The notes beneath the pieces were generated by a model, which was not told where the DNA came from, did not search any database, and was given only the letters and a program-made list of their open reading frames with translations. 64,000 bases of DNA from a virus (taxonomy: Duplodnaviria; Caudoviricetes). How positions within the stretch are numbered: position 1 is the stretch's first letter; each line of letters opens with the position of its first letter. Shown here one piece after another: positions 10,451 to 20,779 of this stretch. The stretch is taken from IMG/VR virus record IMGVR_UViG_3300031853_000001, positions 32,001 through 96,000 of that record. One strand, given 5' to 3'. A program made the position numbers and the translations under genes.

Positions 10451-10727
10451 AACATAGTAGTTAGTCGCCACTAACATTAAGACTGTGTAAATTAGACTAT
10501 CCGGGCAGTCTAATTTACCTTCATTTAACAAAATCAAATTAACAAATAATTTATTTTAACTACGTTGATTTTTAACTTGACTTATGATACAATAAAGATG
10601 ATGGGAGGATGTTAAGATTTTGTTAAGAAGAAGGTGAAATTTATGTTAAAAATAGGTAAAAATATCTCTGGGACACGTCTGCCTTTGCGCTGCCTGCCTC
10701 GGCTTCGGTCAGCCAGTGTTGGTGGGC

Positions 10728-10903
10728 AGCTGGAAGTTCCTCGGCTTCGGCCGCGAGTGGGAGCTGGGAGCTGGATGGAGCTGAGAGCTGAATAAAGCTG
10801 AAGCTGGGAGCTGAAACACAAAAATGGGAGCTGGATTTTAATTAACATAAAATTAACATTGGAGCTGCAAATTTAACATAAAATTAACATTTAAATGAAG
10901 CTG
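10728..10903 (+). repeat. cluster of 11 AGCTG motifs plus 11-bp-phased TTAAC repeats
   Basis: gggagctgggagctggatggagctgagagctgaataaagctgaagctgggagctg...; attaacataaaattaacat twice. Confidence 0.85.
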
Positions 10904-11102
10904 AAATTAATAAAAATTAATAACTAGAAATACAACAAATATAGACAGATTAGCGCTTATAAACACTTTAAAAAGCAAAACGTAGACGTTAAATCTATGT
11001 TATTTATAGCATACGGATATTCAAATTAACTTATCATTAACTTGACTACTCATATAATCTATGCTATAATATATACAATAAAAGAAAGAGAGAGAACGCG
11101 CT

Positions 11103-11489
11103 ATGACTAACAACAAAATGACCTTCACCCCTCAACAGATTGATGCCGCTTACATTAACTCTCTTGTTGACCTTGTGAATGCTTGCCGTTACCGTCACAT
11201 CGAAATTGACAAGGTGCGCTACTACCAAAATGGTTGGCATGTAACCTTCGCGGAACATCCGCACGCAGATGCTGTCTGTCATGATGGAAGTTATGGTAGT
11301 CCTTGCTACATGGCGAATTATCTTAGTCAAGGGTATGACAACGACTGGTCGCGCTCTGGCTCTTGGGAGACTATTGGCTTCCCTTGGGACTATGGTGATG
11401 TTAGCGTCCATACCGCGGAAGAACTCACGTTCTATCTATGGTCTTTGAACAATGGTAAAACTCCATGGGAAGAAAACGAGGACTGTTAG
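11103..11489 (+). CDS. hypothetical early protein
   Basis: own promoter; 128 aa; terminator overlapping stop. Confidence 0.75.
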   Translation: MTNNKMTFTPQQIDAAYINSLVDLVNACRYRHIEIDKVRYYQNGWHVTFAEHPHADAVCHDGSYGSPCYMANYLSQGYDNDWSRSGSWETIGFPWDYGDVSVHTAEELTFYLWSLNNGKTPWEENEDC

Positions 11490-11566
11490 TCCTCGTTCTT
11501 CTTATTTTACCTTTGTTAATTTAATTTCCCGGCTATTTTATTTTACCTTCCATTAATATTACCTTT

Positions 11567-11749
11567 TTAATAGAAAAAATGAGGGATAATGAAAATTAAA
11601 ATAAAACTTAAAATCATAATTATAATTTCAATTATGCATTTACCACAAATTTTTATAAACTTTTCAATATCCCGAAATGTCAATCTATAAAACCACATTT
11701 TAATTTTATATTGAAAACTTTTTCTTCTTTTATAATCTTGATAGCGCAT
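11567..11749 (-). CDS. small membrane protein (inverted unit)
   Basis: AAGGAGG SD on minus strand; hydrophobic C-terminus. Confidence 0.65.
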   Translation of the reverse strand: MRYQDYKRRKSFQYKIKMWFYRLTFRDIEKFIKICGKCIIEIIIMILSFILIFIIPHFFY

Positions 11750-11980
11750 CCCGAAACCTCCCTCCTTTTATACATATATTATACTATAAACTAATTTCAA
11801 AATCAAATCATTTTTAAAGTTTTTATTATGACATTTTTTAGACAATCCCAAAACTTATATAATTTAAATCTATGTAAATTATAACATACGGATATTTTAT
11901 TTTACATAAAAATAACTTGACATTTCATTTTAAATTTGCTATAATAATTCCAGAAACAAACGAAAGGGGATTTTCCTAAA

Positions 11981-12121
11981 ATGACAGTTTATGCTATTGA
12001 TTGTAATGGTTTTCAAGGTTCTTCCTATTATCGCACGCGAGAAGAGGCGCAAAATGCGGCAAATTGGCGCACGTATTGCACAGGAATGAAATGGGATGTT
12101 AAGGAAATATTAATTCCTTAA
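11981..12121 (+). CDS. 46-aa micro-protein (paralog of 13849-13992)
   Basis: MTVYAIDCNGFQGSSYYRTREEAQNAANWRTYCTGMKW; promoter and SD; below ORF-track cutoff. Confidence 0.75.
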   Translation: MTVYAIDCNGFQGSSYYRTREEAQNAANWRTYCTGMKWDVKEILIP

Positions 12122-12283
12122 TTTCAATTTCAAATTGCGAAACATAAAAAGTTTCGCAATTTCATTTTAAATTCCTGTTAATTAAACCTCACGTATAATC
12201 TAATTAATAATCATTTAACTTGACATTTCATTTTAATTTTGATATAATATATCCAGAAAAAGAACAGAGGAGGAAATCCTAAA

Positions 12284-12412
12284 ATGCGCGAATGGAATGA
12301 ATTGACAGATGAGGAGCAGGTTCGGCTTTGGTGGGAATACGATGCTAATTCAGGAGAAGAAATTTCATTTTCTGAATTTGACGAAATGATGCAAGGGATT
12401 TACTTTGAGTAA
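12284..12412 (+). CDS. 42-aa acidic micro-protein
   Basis: GAGGAGG SD; MREWNELTDEEQVRLWWEYD...; terminator overlapping stop. Confidence 0.7.
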   Translation: MREWNELTDEEQVRLWWEYDANSGEEISFSEFDEMMQGIYFE

Positions 12413-12546
12413 ATCCCTTAATTTCATTTTTCTTTTACTTTTATTTTCCTAATTTTTAATTTAATTTTCAAATCCCAAAATTAAATCTATGTAAATTAAA
12501 TAACCCGGTTTCTGTAATTAACATAATTTCAAAATAAAACCGTATG

Positions 12547-12735
12547 TTAAACATACGGCGCGAAAATATTTTCCAAATCCCGAATCTCATGAGGATAATA
12601 CAGCACGTAGATTTCCATATAGCCAGGCGCGGGCCAATGCTCTTCACACTCATAATCAAAACCGTAATCATCCAACTGTTCAAACAGGCCGTCCAGCGCG
12701 GAGTTCAGTTCAACGGCATAGCACTTTCTTTTCAT
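12547..12735 (-). CDS. acidic hypothetical protein (inverted unit)
   Basis: minus-strand promoter at ~12770-12800 and GAGG SD. Confidence 0.7.
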   Translation of the reverse strand: MKRKCYAVELNSALDGLFEQLDDYGFDYECEEHWPAPGYMEIYVLYYPHEIRDLENIFAPYV

Positions 12736-12916
12736 TTCAAATTACCTCGCTCTCTTAATTTCTGTAATCATTATAGCACAGCAATCCCGAAATGTCAAGT
12801 TAAACAATTGTAAAATATAATATCCGTATTTTTTATTTTACTTCTTTTTAACTTGACATTTTAAAATAATTTTGGTATAATAATTATAGAAAAAAGAGAG
12901 AGGAGAAAATCCCAAA

Positions 12917-13180
12917 ATGAAGAAGATTATTGTTATCACTCTGATTATCGCTCTGTGCCTGACTCTTACCGCGTGCCAGGTCGGCAACCGCAAAATCGGT
13001 TTTGATACTACGCAGACTTTCCATTGGGCCATCATTCAGATGGGAAATGGTGAACTAATTGAAGGCCCAGTGGATTCGTGGCGAGATTTTAACGAATCTG
13101 ACGCAGTCCAGATTACTATTAATGGTATTACCTATCTGACGCATTACTCCAACGCCATCCTCGCAACCGAGAAGCCTTAA
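12917..13180 (+). CDS. small lipoprotein
   Basis: signal peptide MKKIIVITLIIALCLTLTAC with lipobox LTAC. Confidence 0.75.
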   Translation: MKKIIVITLIIALCLTLTACQVGNRKIGFDTTQTFHWAIIQMGNGELIEGPVDSWRDFNESDAVQITINGITYLTHYSNAILATEKP

Positions 13181-13304
13181 CGGTTTCTCGGTTATTTTTA
13201 TATTAATTATATAATCCGGAATTTATATTTTACTATTATTTAACTTGACTTATTAAAATATATTTGATATACTATATATAAGATAAAGAGAGGAGATTAC
13301 CACT

Positions 13305-13616
13305 ATGATGCCTATTTATGATGCCGATACTCTTCGCAAAGTTTCTTCTGATGCTCGTCTTGCCGAGTTCAATTATGTTAGAGATAACTATGTTCCAAAA
13401 GCACTTTGCAAAATAAATGAAGCTAATTTCACCGCAGCCAATGCCGGGCGGAGTTTTTCCCATGAAAAACTTAATTTGCTTGTTATGGGTCTTGCTACAG
13501 AAGAATCGCAAAACTATCTTAGAATTGGACTAAAAACAGAATTAGAAACATTAGGACTAAAAGTTGATATAGTCATGCGGCCAAATGGCATGATGGAAAT
13601 TACTTGTAGATGGTAA
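13305..13616 (+). CDS. hypothetical early protein
   Basis: promoter, GAGGAG SD, terminator. Confidence 0.7.
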   Translation: MMPIYDADTLRKVSSDARLAEFNYVRDNYVPKALCKINEANFTAANAGRSFSHEKLNLLVMGLATEESQNYLRIGLKTELETLGLKVDIVMRPNGMMEITCRW

Positions 13617-13848
13617 AATTGCGGGTAACCGCAATTTCATTTTAATTTTATGTAAATTAGATTAAACGGGAATTTTATTTTACTTTCCTTTAACTTTTGT
13701 CAATTTCATTTTGTTTTATACATCCTAAAACTAATGTTAATTTCATATTAAATCTCCTATTTCTTATTGACAATTTTATTTTCTTTTGGTATAATATAAT
13801 TGTTCCAAAGAGAACAACAATCAATCCCGAAAGAGAGGCAATTTCAAA

Positions 13849-13992
13849 ATGTATAAGTTCGCAATCTTTTGTATCACTGGTTTGCAGGGCTCTTCCTATT
13901 ATTCTACCCATGAAGAGGCGCTTAACGCCGCGCGTTTCCGTACTAATTGCACCGGATTGCCGTGGTATGTTTCCGCAATAAAGGTTAGGTAA
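13849..13992 (+). CDS. 47-aa micro-protein (paralog of 11981-12121)
   Basis: MYKFAIFCITGLQGSSYYSTHEEALNAARFRTNCTGLPW. Confidence 0.75.
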   Translation: MYKFAIFCITGLQGSSYYSTHEEALNAARFRTNCTGLPWYVSAIKVR

Positions 13993-14124
13993 CTAACCTT
14001 TTTAATTTTATGTTAATTACATAACCCGGATAATCTAATTTCCTTACTTTTAACACTCAAACTTATTGACAATACATATTATATGTGCTATAATAAATAC
14101 ATCAAAAGCAAGGAGGTTCCAATC

Positions 14125-14310
14125 ATGAACATGCCGCTTTACTCCATTGATTACATCGTAACCGCTACCAATACCGCCACTTATCAGTATTTTTATACTA
14201 CTCACGACGCGCGCAACTTTCTTTGGAATAATCGTAACAAAATTCATGATGTAATTATTTATCTGTTTGGTTCTATGACAGAAATCAGCGAAAAAGATTT
14301 GCGGGATTAA
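14125..14310 (+). CDS. hypothetical early protein
   Basis: AAGGAGG SD before ATG 14125. Confidence 0.7.
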   Translation: MNMPLYSIDYIVTATNTATYQYFYTTHDARNFLWNNRNKIHDVIIYLFGSMTEISEKDLRD

Positions 14311-14439
14311 CCCGCATTTCTTTTTTATCGTTATGTTAATTAAATTGTCCGGGCTACCTAATTTACACAAATATAACTTGCATTTATGCCAATTCTATGC
14401 TATAATATATACAAGATAAAGAAAGGATGGTAATACACA

Positions 14440-14622
14440 ATGACGGTTAAAGAATTGATGGAAGTTTTTGAGTGCTATGAAAAACTGTGGGGCGAAAAGT
14501 TCACATCTCTGCCGATTGTGACAGTTGGCCACGATGCAAACGGTGAACGACAGTATAACATTCCAGTAACTGATTACACCTTCAATATTGAAGATAACGA
14601 CTTTACCCTTTGGGACAATTAA
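14440..14622 (+). CDS. hypothetical early protein
   Basis: promoter, SD, terminator. Confidence 0.7.
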   Translation: MTVKELMEVFECYEKLWGEKFTSLPIVTVGHDANGERQYNIPVTDYTFNIEDNDFTLWDN

Positions 14623-14788
14623 GCGCGCAAGCGCTTAATTTTTTAATATAATGTAAATTACAATGTCCGGGTCTTTTAATTTATATATATTTTACATTCC
14701 ATAGATATTTTTTACTATTGACAACTATTAAAAAATATGATAAAATAGTCTTGTAGTTGAGGGAATAAAGCATAAAGGAGTGTATCAT

Positions 14789-14998
14789 ATGTATACTGTC
14801 TATGATTGCAAGGATGAATACCGCGCCACTTTTTACTCTAAAGAGGAAGCTTTTTCCGCCGCAATTAATCATTGCGTTACGGAAGGACTTTATGTTAATA
14901 ATGTCCTCTCCGACATTGAAGATTCCTTCACAATCATTTACCTTGACCCGGATGATAATAGCCCGCAAGAAATCGCGATTTATAAGGTGTGCGAATAG
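14789..14998 (+). CDS. hypothetical early protein
   Basis: AAGGAG SD; terminator with stop in loop. Confidence 0.7.
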   Translation: MYTVYDCKDEYRATFYSKEEAFSAAINHCVTEGLYVNNVLSDIEDSFTIIYLDPDDNSPQEIAIYKVCE

Positions 14999-15135
14999 CA
15001 CACCTTTTATTATTAAATAGATGTTAAATAAAATACCCGGCCAGTCTATTTTCCAAACCTTTAACATACATACCTATTGCAAAAAGTCTGTGCATATGCT
15101 ATAATATACTCAACAAAGCAAAGGAGGGCACCACA

Positions 15136-15276
15136 ATGAAGTACATCGTAGTGAACATGACCACCAAAGAGCAGATTATTTGCACGACTCGCCGCGAGGG
15201 CCGCGACCTTGCAGAACGTCTGAGCATTGAAACCACTTGTCTCTGGTTTCTGATGATTGTCCCCGAAGGCGCATAA
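15136..15276 (+). CDS. 46-aa micro-protein
   Basis: AAGGAGG SD; MKYIVVNMTTKEQIICTTRREGRDLAERLSIETTCLW. Confidence 0.7.
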   Translation: MKYIVVNMTTKEQIICTTRREGRDLAERLSIETTCLWFLMIVPEGA

Positions 15277-15376
15277 GCGCCTTTTTTATTATATCTGTGT
15301 AAATTAAATTACCCGGCACTTATAGTTTACGATTATTTAACTTGACTTCTTTTATGCTCTATGCTATAATAGACTT

Positions 15377-15552
15377 GTCGAAAGGAAGAAAGGAGTGTTG
15401 AGAGATGGAGCCACCCTACTAATGCAAGGGGTAATGTCTGACATGGCGGGCGTAGGACATCCCCACTTACAAAGGGAACCGACCCGCGGCAGGAGTGGCG
15501 CACTGACCGCGAACGAGCCAACCGCGCGGAGTAGCTAACCGCGCGGCTTTTA
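15377..15552 (+). ncRNA. candidate small structured RNA (only a 5-codon ORF, MEPPY)
   Basis: consensus promoter at 15342-15370, GC-rich body, terminator ccgcgcgg..ccgcgcgg-TTTT, no real ORF. Confidence 0.5.
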
Positions 15553-15662
15553 TTATACTAATGTTAATTATAATTCCCGGATACTCTAATTTACCATCTT
15601 TTAACTTGACAGTTTTAGCGCCACATGCTATAATAAGGTATCAAATGAAGGAGGTAACCAAC

Positions 15663-15839
15663 ATGAACAAACCCTATTGCTTAATCTATCGCCGCTTTAA
15701 TTTCCCTGAGGTTGAACGGTATTTCTCACGCGAAATTGATATGGAAGGTTACATCAATATTTGGTTTGATGACGATGTAGATTACATCCACTTCTTTTAT
15801 TGGAATGTGGAATACACCCCGACATGGTGGGCCGAGTAA
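15663..15839 (+). CDS. hypothetical early protein
   Basis: AAGGAGG SD before ATG 15663. Confidence 0.7.
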   Translation: MNKPYCLIYRRFNFPEVERYFSREIDMEGYINIWFDDDVDYIHFFYWNVEYTPTWWAE

Positions 15840-15961
15840 TCGGCCTTTTATATTTATGTTAATTAAAATACCCGGAATTTCTAAATAACGAACAATTAAC
15901 TTGCTTTTTCTTAGTTCCTATGCTATAATATACTTACAAAAAGGAAAGCGAGGTCAATCTT

Positions 15962-16210
15962 ATGAAGTATTTCATGGTAATGTGCCACCGTGGGCATTGT
16001 GGAACAGGTCACAGCACTGAAATTAAGTTTGCAATTCGCGCGGATAATCTTTTAGAAGCTTGTGATAAAGCACGGAAAATGCCGAGCGTTAAACATACAA
16101 GATTGGCAATTTACGGAAAAGAAATAACCGAACAAGAATATCATGAATACAGACAAATAAGCGCTTATCAAAGATTTAATCAAACAAGCACAAAAAGAAA
16201 ATGGCATTAA
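15962..16210 (+). CDS. hypothetical protein (CHRGHCG motif)
   Basis: promoter, SD, terminator; possible metal-binding His/Cys motif. Confidence 0.7.
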   Translation: MKYFMVMCHRGHCGTGHSTEIKFAIRADNLLEACDKARKMPSVKHTRLAIYGKEITEQEYHEYRQISAYQRFNQTSTKRKWH

Positions 16211-16335
16211 GCCATTTTCTTATTTTAATTATATGTAAATTAAACTATCCGGATATTCTATTTTACCAATAGTTAACTTGACAATTATCTTTCTATGTAT
16301 TATAATATATACAGAAATTGAGAGGAGGCAACCCC

Positions 16336-16554
16336 ATGAAACAGATTAACAAAGTGCAGGCCCGTAAACTCTACGAACAAAAAAAGCCGTTCATCATTGT
16401 ACCCGCGAATATGCGCCCTGATTCGCAATTCGCTGTCCACATGAAACCCGGTTGGATGTTTCGCAATTTTAACAACTTTTACAACGAATTTTGCTACTAT
16501 AATTGTAATAACCGCGAGGTCGGCCGCTACCCGCGCTTTTACGTGGAGGAATAA
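16336..16554 (+). CDS. hypothetical early protein
   Basis: GAGGAGG SD before ATG 16336. Confidence 0.7.
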   Translation: MKQINKVQARKLYEQKKPFIIVPANMRPDSQFAVHMKPGWMFRNFNNFYNEFCYYNCNNREVGRYPRFYVEE

Positions 16555-16713
16555 TCCTCCACTTTTTTATTAAGTATATGTAAATTAGAATATACGGACA
16601 TTCTAATATACGTAATTTTAACATAGAAAAACTATTGACAAATCAATTTTTTGTGGTATAATAAAATAAAAAACGGTTCAACGACAACGACAACATGAAA
16701 GGAGATTTTCACA

Positions 16714-17004
16714 ATGAGGTTTTTTGAGATTCAGATTCGCCACGTTTTGGTCTATGGTTACATCTACAACAACGGCATGTTTGAAATTAACATGTGGGAT
16801 TTTGATGCCGACGACTATTGGTTCAGGGACGGACGTAAAAAGAACGTTAAGGCCGCGTGGTGTATGATTTACCACATGACGCGCGACATGGACAGGTTTA
16901 ACCACATCTTTGATGAAGATGGAGTTAAGGAAGTTAAGGAAGCTATGGAGCTTTTCTTTGACGAAGACTTGGAAATGTTAAATTTTGATGAAGACTGGGA
17001 ATAG
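16714..17004 (+). CDS. acidic hypothetical protein
   Basis: AAGGAG SD; D/E-rich C-terminus. Confidence 0.7.
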   Translation: MRFFEIQIRHVLVYGYIYNNGMFEINMWDFDADDYWFRDGRKKNVKAAWCMIYHMTRDMDRFNHIFDEDGVKEVKEAMELFFDEDLEMLNFDEDWE

Positions 17005-17284
17005 GCCACGGCCTATTCTTTTTTTAAGCGTATGTAAATTAGAATACCCGGACAATCTAATTTACTCAAATTTAACTTGACTTCTATCGCGTTATATGTT
17101 AAGATAGTATAGAGTAGGTAAGGGAGGTGAGTGTTATGATTCAGTTAAGGAGCGATTAAAGTATGGTTAAGCGCGTATTAAAATCGTGTAAAGTGGCCTG
17201 TGTATCAGGTCTATTAAGCGTGCGTAAAATCTATGTAAGCTTGAGTCCCATGGCTGAAGTTTATTTAACATACTCTTTAATTCC

Positions 17285-17396
17285 AGCTGGAAGCTGGAAG
17301 CTGGAGCTGGAATTAACATACTTTTAACTTGACATGAAGCTGGGAAGCTGGTATAATATAATCAAAAGAAAGGAGCTGTGAGCTGTGAAGAAGCTG
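17285..17396 (+). repeat. cluster of 9 AGCTG motifs woven through a promoter, SD and start of a gene
   Basis: ccagctggaagctggaagctggagctgg...ttgacatgaagctgggaagctggtataat...aaggagctgtgagctgtgaagaagctg. Confidence 0.85.
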
Positions 17397-17636
17397 AACA
17401 TTGTATACGAAATGAAGTTTACTTGTGATGAATGGTTAATTGAGCATATTAACCATGAATGGGAATATGCTCTGGATGAAACAGAAGGAACGGAAACAGA
17501 AGAAGAAATTTTTGAAATTGCTCTCTCTTACGCTCTGGAAGAGAATTATGCTCTTAGTTATAATGAACGTGAAGCAATTTTTTCTCAATCGCATGAAATT
17601 TATAAATGGTGGAAGGAGAACAAAGAAAATGAATGA
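17385..17636 (+). CDS. acidic hypothetical protein
   Basis: GTG start behind AAGGAG; Glu-rich. Confidence 0.65.
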   Translation: MKKLNIVYEMKFTCDEWLIEHINHEWEYALDETEGTETEEEIFEIALSYALEENYALSYNEREAIFSQSHEIYKWWKENKENE

Positions 17637-17787
17637 AGTTATTGAAACACTTTTCCGCGTGCAAGATTCATTGCTTTCTATCAATAATGATATTGAAGAA
17701 CAATTTTCTGACTATTCAAAAACATGTTTGCGTTGTGCATTAGAGGATATTCAAGCAATTTTAGAAGAAGCATCTAACGCGGTTTAA
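17629..17787 (+). CDS. small hypothetical protein
   Basis: AAGGAG SD, ATG 17629 overlapping upstream stop. Confidence 0.6.
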   Translation: MNEVIETLFRVQDSLLSINNDIEEQFSDYSKTCLRCALEDIQAILEEASNAV

Positions 17788-17911
17788 CCGCGTTTTTTTT
17801 ATAATTGTGTTAAATAAAATGCACGGTAATTGTATTTTACATACTTTTAACTTGACTTATCCTCTAAAATTTGATATACTATATTCAGAAAAGGAAAGGG
17901 GATATAAAAGA

Positions 17912-18352
17912 ATGAAAATTTGGTTTGACATGGACGGCACGATTGCGAATCTTTATGGTGTTAATGGTTGGCTTTCCGCGCTTAATGCCTATGACCCTTC
18001 ACCTTATGAGATTGCTAAACCTCTTGTTAATCTTTCCAGACTTGCGCGGTATCTTAATCGATTGCAAGCAATGGGACATGAAATCGGCATTATTTCATGG
18101 CTTTCCAAGTATTCAACCCCAGAATATGACAAACTTGTGACAGATGCTAAAAAGTATTGGCTTTCTTATCATATGCCAAGCGTCAAATGGGATGAAGTCA
18201 TAATTACTTCATATGGGATTAACAAATGGGAAACATGCGGCGCGGGAATTTTGTTTGATGATGAAGAAAAAAACCGCGATGCATGGGGCAATACAGCATA
18301 TGAGCCTAACGAAATTTTTAACGTTCTTATAGAAATGGTTAAGGCGGGCTAA
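17912..18352 (+). CDS. HAD-superfamily phosphatase (5'(3')-deoxyribonucleotidase-like)
   Basis: motif I FDMDGT, motif IV LFDD. Confidence 0.8.
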   Translation: MKIWFDMDGTIANLYGVNGWLSALNAYDPSPYEIAKPLVNLSRLARYLNRLQAMGHEIGIISWLSKYSTPEYDKLVTDAKKYWLSYHMPSVKWDEVIITSYGINKWETCGAGILFDDEEKNRDAWGNTAYEPNEIFNVLIEMVKAG

Positions 18353-18478
18353 CCGCCTTTTCTTTTTTTGAAATTATGTTAATTAAAATTCCCGGGTATT
18401 CAAATTAACAAAAAATTTACTTGACTTTTTATAGAAATTATGGTATTATATTTATAGAAAGTGAAGGGAGAAAGTCAA

Positions 18479-18601
18479 ATGAAAGTTACTTACACAATGA
18501 ATATAAAACTTAGTCCGTGGCTTGTAATTTTTGCTCCATTTGTCGCTTTTTTCTTTGTGTGTTGGGTTAATATAAAATTTCTTTACAAAAACTTAACTTG
18601 A
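18479..18601 (+). CDS. 40-aa membrane peptide
   Basis: own promoter and SD; hydrophobic WLVIFAPFVAFFFVCW. Confidence 0.5.
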   Translation: MKVTYTMNIKLSPWLVIFAPFVAFFFVCWVNIKFLYKNLT

Positions 18602-18674
18602 CTTTCCCTCCCAAATCTGCTATAATAATTCCAGAAAGTGAAGGAAAACACTAAACCAGAAAGGACTAACACCT

Positions 18675-19076
18675 ATGAGTAAGGCATCTCTTGAAACCGA
18701 AATCCGCAACAACGTCCTCCAGACCATCATCGACGCGGTGAATCCCATTAGCGACATTCTCCCGATTAGTGCCAGCGAACTCGCCCTCCCCATTGTGGAT
18801 AGTGAGGGCAACGAAAAGTTCGCCGTTATCAAGGTGAGTATTCCTCGCGGTGAGCGCGACGGTAACGGCGGTTATATCCCCTTTGATGGCTACGCCGCCG
18901 CCGAAGATTGGAAACTTGTGCTTGCCGAGCGCGCAGATAAGGCGGCAAAGCGTAAGGAAAAGGCAGAGCGTGCCGAAAAGGAAAAGGAACGCAAGCGCGC
19001 GGCGCGCAAGGTTGTAAAAGACCTTAACACTGTAGGATTTAAGGCGCTTGTATCCCAGCCGATTGAGGGTGAGTAA
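18675..19076 (+). CDS. hypothetical protein with K/A/E-rich helical tail (family B)
   Basis: similar layout to 24688 and 28539; conserved leader. Confidence 0.75.
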   Translation: MSKASLETEIRNNVLQTIIDAVNPISDILPISASELALPIVDSEGNEKFAVIKVSIPRGERDGNGGYIPFDGYAAAEDWKLVLAERADKAAKRKEKAERAEKEKERKRAARKVVKDLNTVGFKALVSQPIEGE

Positions 19077-19200
19077 TCACCCTCTTTTTTAATTATATGT
19101 AAATTATACTAACCGGATACTTTATTTTACTCAATCTTAACTTGACTTCTGCGTATGAATAGTGTATAATATACGCAGAAAGACAGAAAGGAAGAACATT

Positions 19201-19356
19201 ATGCTGATTTTTAGTATTATTCTTTTTGTTTGGGGTTTTCTTGGTATTTGCGGATTGATAAATTGTAAAAAAGAAAGAATAATTTGGGAGCTTTTAATTT
19301 TTGGGATTACCATACCTTTTCTGCCAGTTATTGCCAAACTTTGTGGTTTAATATAA
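19201..19356 (+). CDS. small two-TM membrane protein
   Basis: promoter, SD, hydrophobic. Confidence 0.6.
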   Translation: MLIFSIILFVWGFLGICGLINCKKERIIWELLIFGITIPFLPVIAKLCGLI

Positions 19357-19422
19357 TCTTAACTTGACTTCTACGTGTAGATGGTATATACTATATATAG
19401 AAAATGAAGGGAGATTATAAAT

Positions 19423-19608
19423 ATGAAAGACGTCCGCAAAATTGCTATCAATTCTAATATTACAAAAGAATTTGTAGACAAACTATTTGCATCTAAAATT
19501 GATTATGATATTGAACGTTATAATGCCCTTCTTTTTATTACTTTCCATTGTAAAAATAACCAAGAAGCAACTTTTATCAATAAACTTTATAAGTTAATAA
19601 AACCTTAA
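19423..19608 (+). CDS. hypothetical protein
   Basis: promoter and GGGAG SD. Confidence 0.65.
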   Translation: MKDVRKIAINSNITKEFVDKLFASKIDYDIERYNALLFITFHCKNNQEATFINKLYKLIKP

Positions 19609-19664
19609 CTTGACTTCTTCTCTCCAATATGATATAATAATTTCAGAAAGTGAGGGGAAACGAA

Positions 19665-19805
19665 ATGGAAAAGAAAAACCAGAATCGTGAAACTTGGTGC
19701 GGCTATCGTCCTTCCGTGATGCCCACGAAAAAGAAAAATAAGAAGCACGAACGTAAAGAGGGCAAGCAGATTTGCCGCAACGCTATGAAAGGAGAGAAGG
19801 ATTGA
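19665..19805 (+). CDS. 46-aa basic peptide
   Basis: MEKKNQNRETWCGYRPSVMPTKKKNKKHERKEGK; promoter and GAGGGG SD. Confidence 0.65.
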   Translation: MEKKNQNRETWCGYRPSVMPTKKKNKKHERKEGKQICRNAMKGEKD

Positions 19806-19984
19806 TGTTTACCAACTATAGTTTTACAATAACTCAATTCCTTAATTATCTTGATCGATTCCATAAAGGATATTCCATTACCTTTTTATCTCAAGGAAGA
19901 ACTCGCGTTCTCTATAATGGTTGGTATTGGTACTTTAACAACAATGACATCTTTTGGTATAAAGTGCCTATGGAGGAAGTATAA
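19805..19984 (+). CDS. hypothetical protein
   Basis: TGATG coupling with upstream gene. Confidence 0.6.
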   Translation: MFTNYSFTITQFLNYLDRFHKGYSITFLSQGRTRVLYNGWYWYFNNNDIFWYKVPMEEV

Positions 19985-20187
19985 TGCGTACTAATCTTGA
20001 AATCGCCGCCGAGCTTATCGCCGCGGATGTTCGTAATCTCAATAATATTGAGGAATATTGTGGCTATCCTGACTTTAATCGGCTTGACGCGATTGAGCGT
20101 GATAAACTCTCTAAAATGGTTGATGAACTTTTAATCATTCTCCATCGGCGGCAGGAACGTCAGCGGAGAGAATGGGAGAACAGTTAG
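19984..20187 (+). CDS. hypothetical protein
   Basis: GGAGG SD, TAATG coupling. Confidence 0.65.
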   Translation: MRTNLEIAAELIAADVRNLNNIEEYCGYPDFNRLDAIERDKLSKMVDELLIILHRRQERQRREWENS

Positions 20188-20440
20188 TTCTCCCAATTTC
20201 ATTTTAAATCAATGTAAACTAAAATACCCGTCAATTTCAATTTACAAACCTTTAACCTAACCGGGTATTGACATTTCATTTCAATTCTGATATAATAAAT
20301 ACAGTTGAGGGCGAGGAAAGAAAATCCTAAAACTGCCCAAAACTTCACAAAGAATTAACTTGACATTATAAGCACAACGTGCTATAATGAATATACAAAA
20401 AAGAGAAGGAAACTCTTAAAAACCAGAAAGGGTAATAATT

Positions 20441-20779
20441 ATGAAGAAGACCACCATCACCGCTCTGTATAACTACTTTGTGAAGAACGACGACACCATT
20501 GACCTGTCTGTTGTGGTTGAGGACATCCGCGCCGAGTATGAGAAGTCCGCTGCGAAGGTCAGCGCGAAGATGGACGCCTACGAGCAGGCAAAGCCCATTG
20601 TGTTCGCCGCAATTGCGGATGCTCCTCTGACTGTGAAGGACATCTTCACCGCTTGCGAGGACAAACTGCCCGAGGGCTTCACGCCCCACAAGATTCAGTA
20701 TGCTCTCCTGCATTACTGGATGGACGAGGTTGACAAGATTGACAATGGCAAGGGCCCTTTCACCTATAAGGTAAAGTGA
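20441..20779 (+). CDS. small winged-helix-like protein (family A)
   Basis: C-term T.KDIF..LPEGFT..KIQYALL..W.DEV.K.DNGK...Y shared with 21421 and 23784. Confidence 0.7.
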   Translation: MKKTTITALYNYFVKNDDTIDLSVVVEDIRAEYEKSAAKVSAKMDAYEQAKPIVFAAIADAPLTVKDIFTACEDKLPEGFTPHKIQYALLHYWMDEVDKIDNGKGPFTYKVK

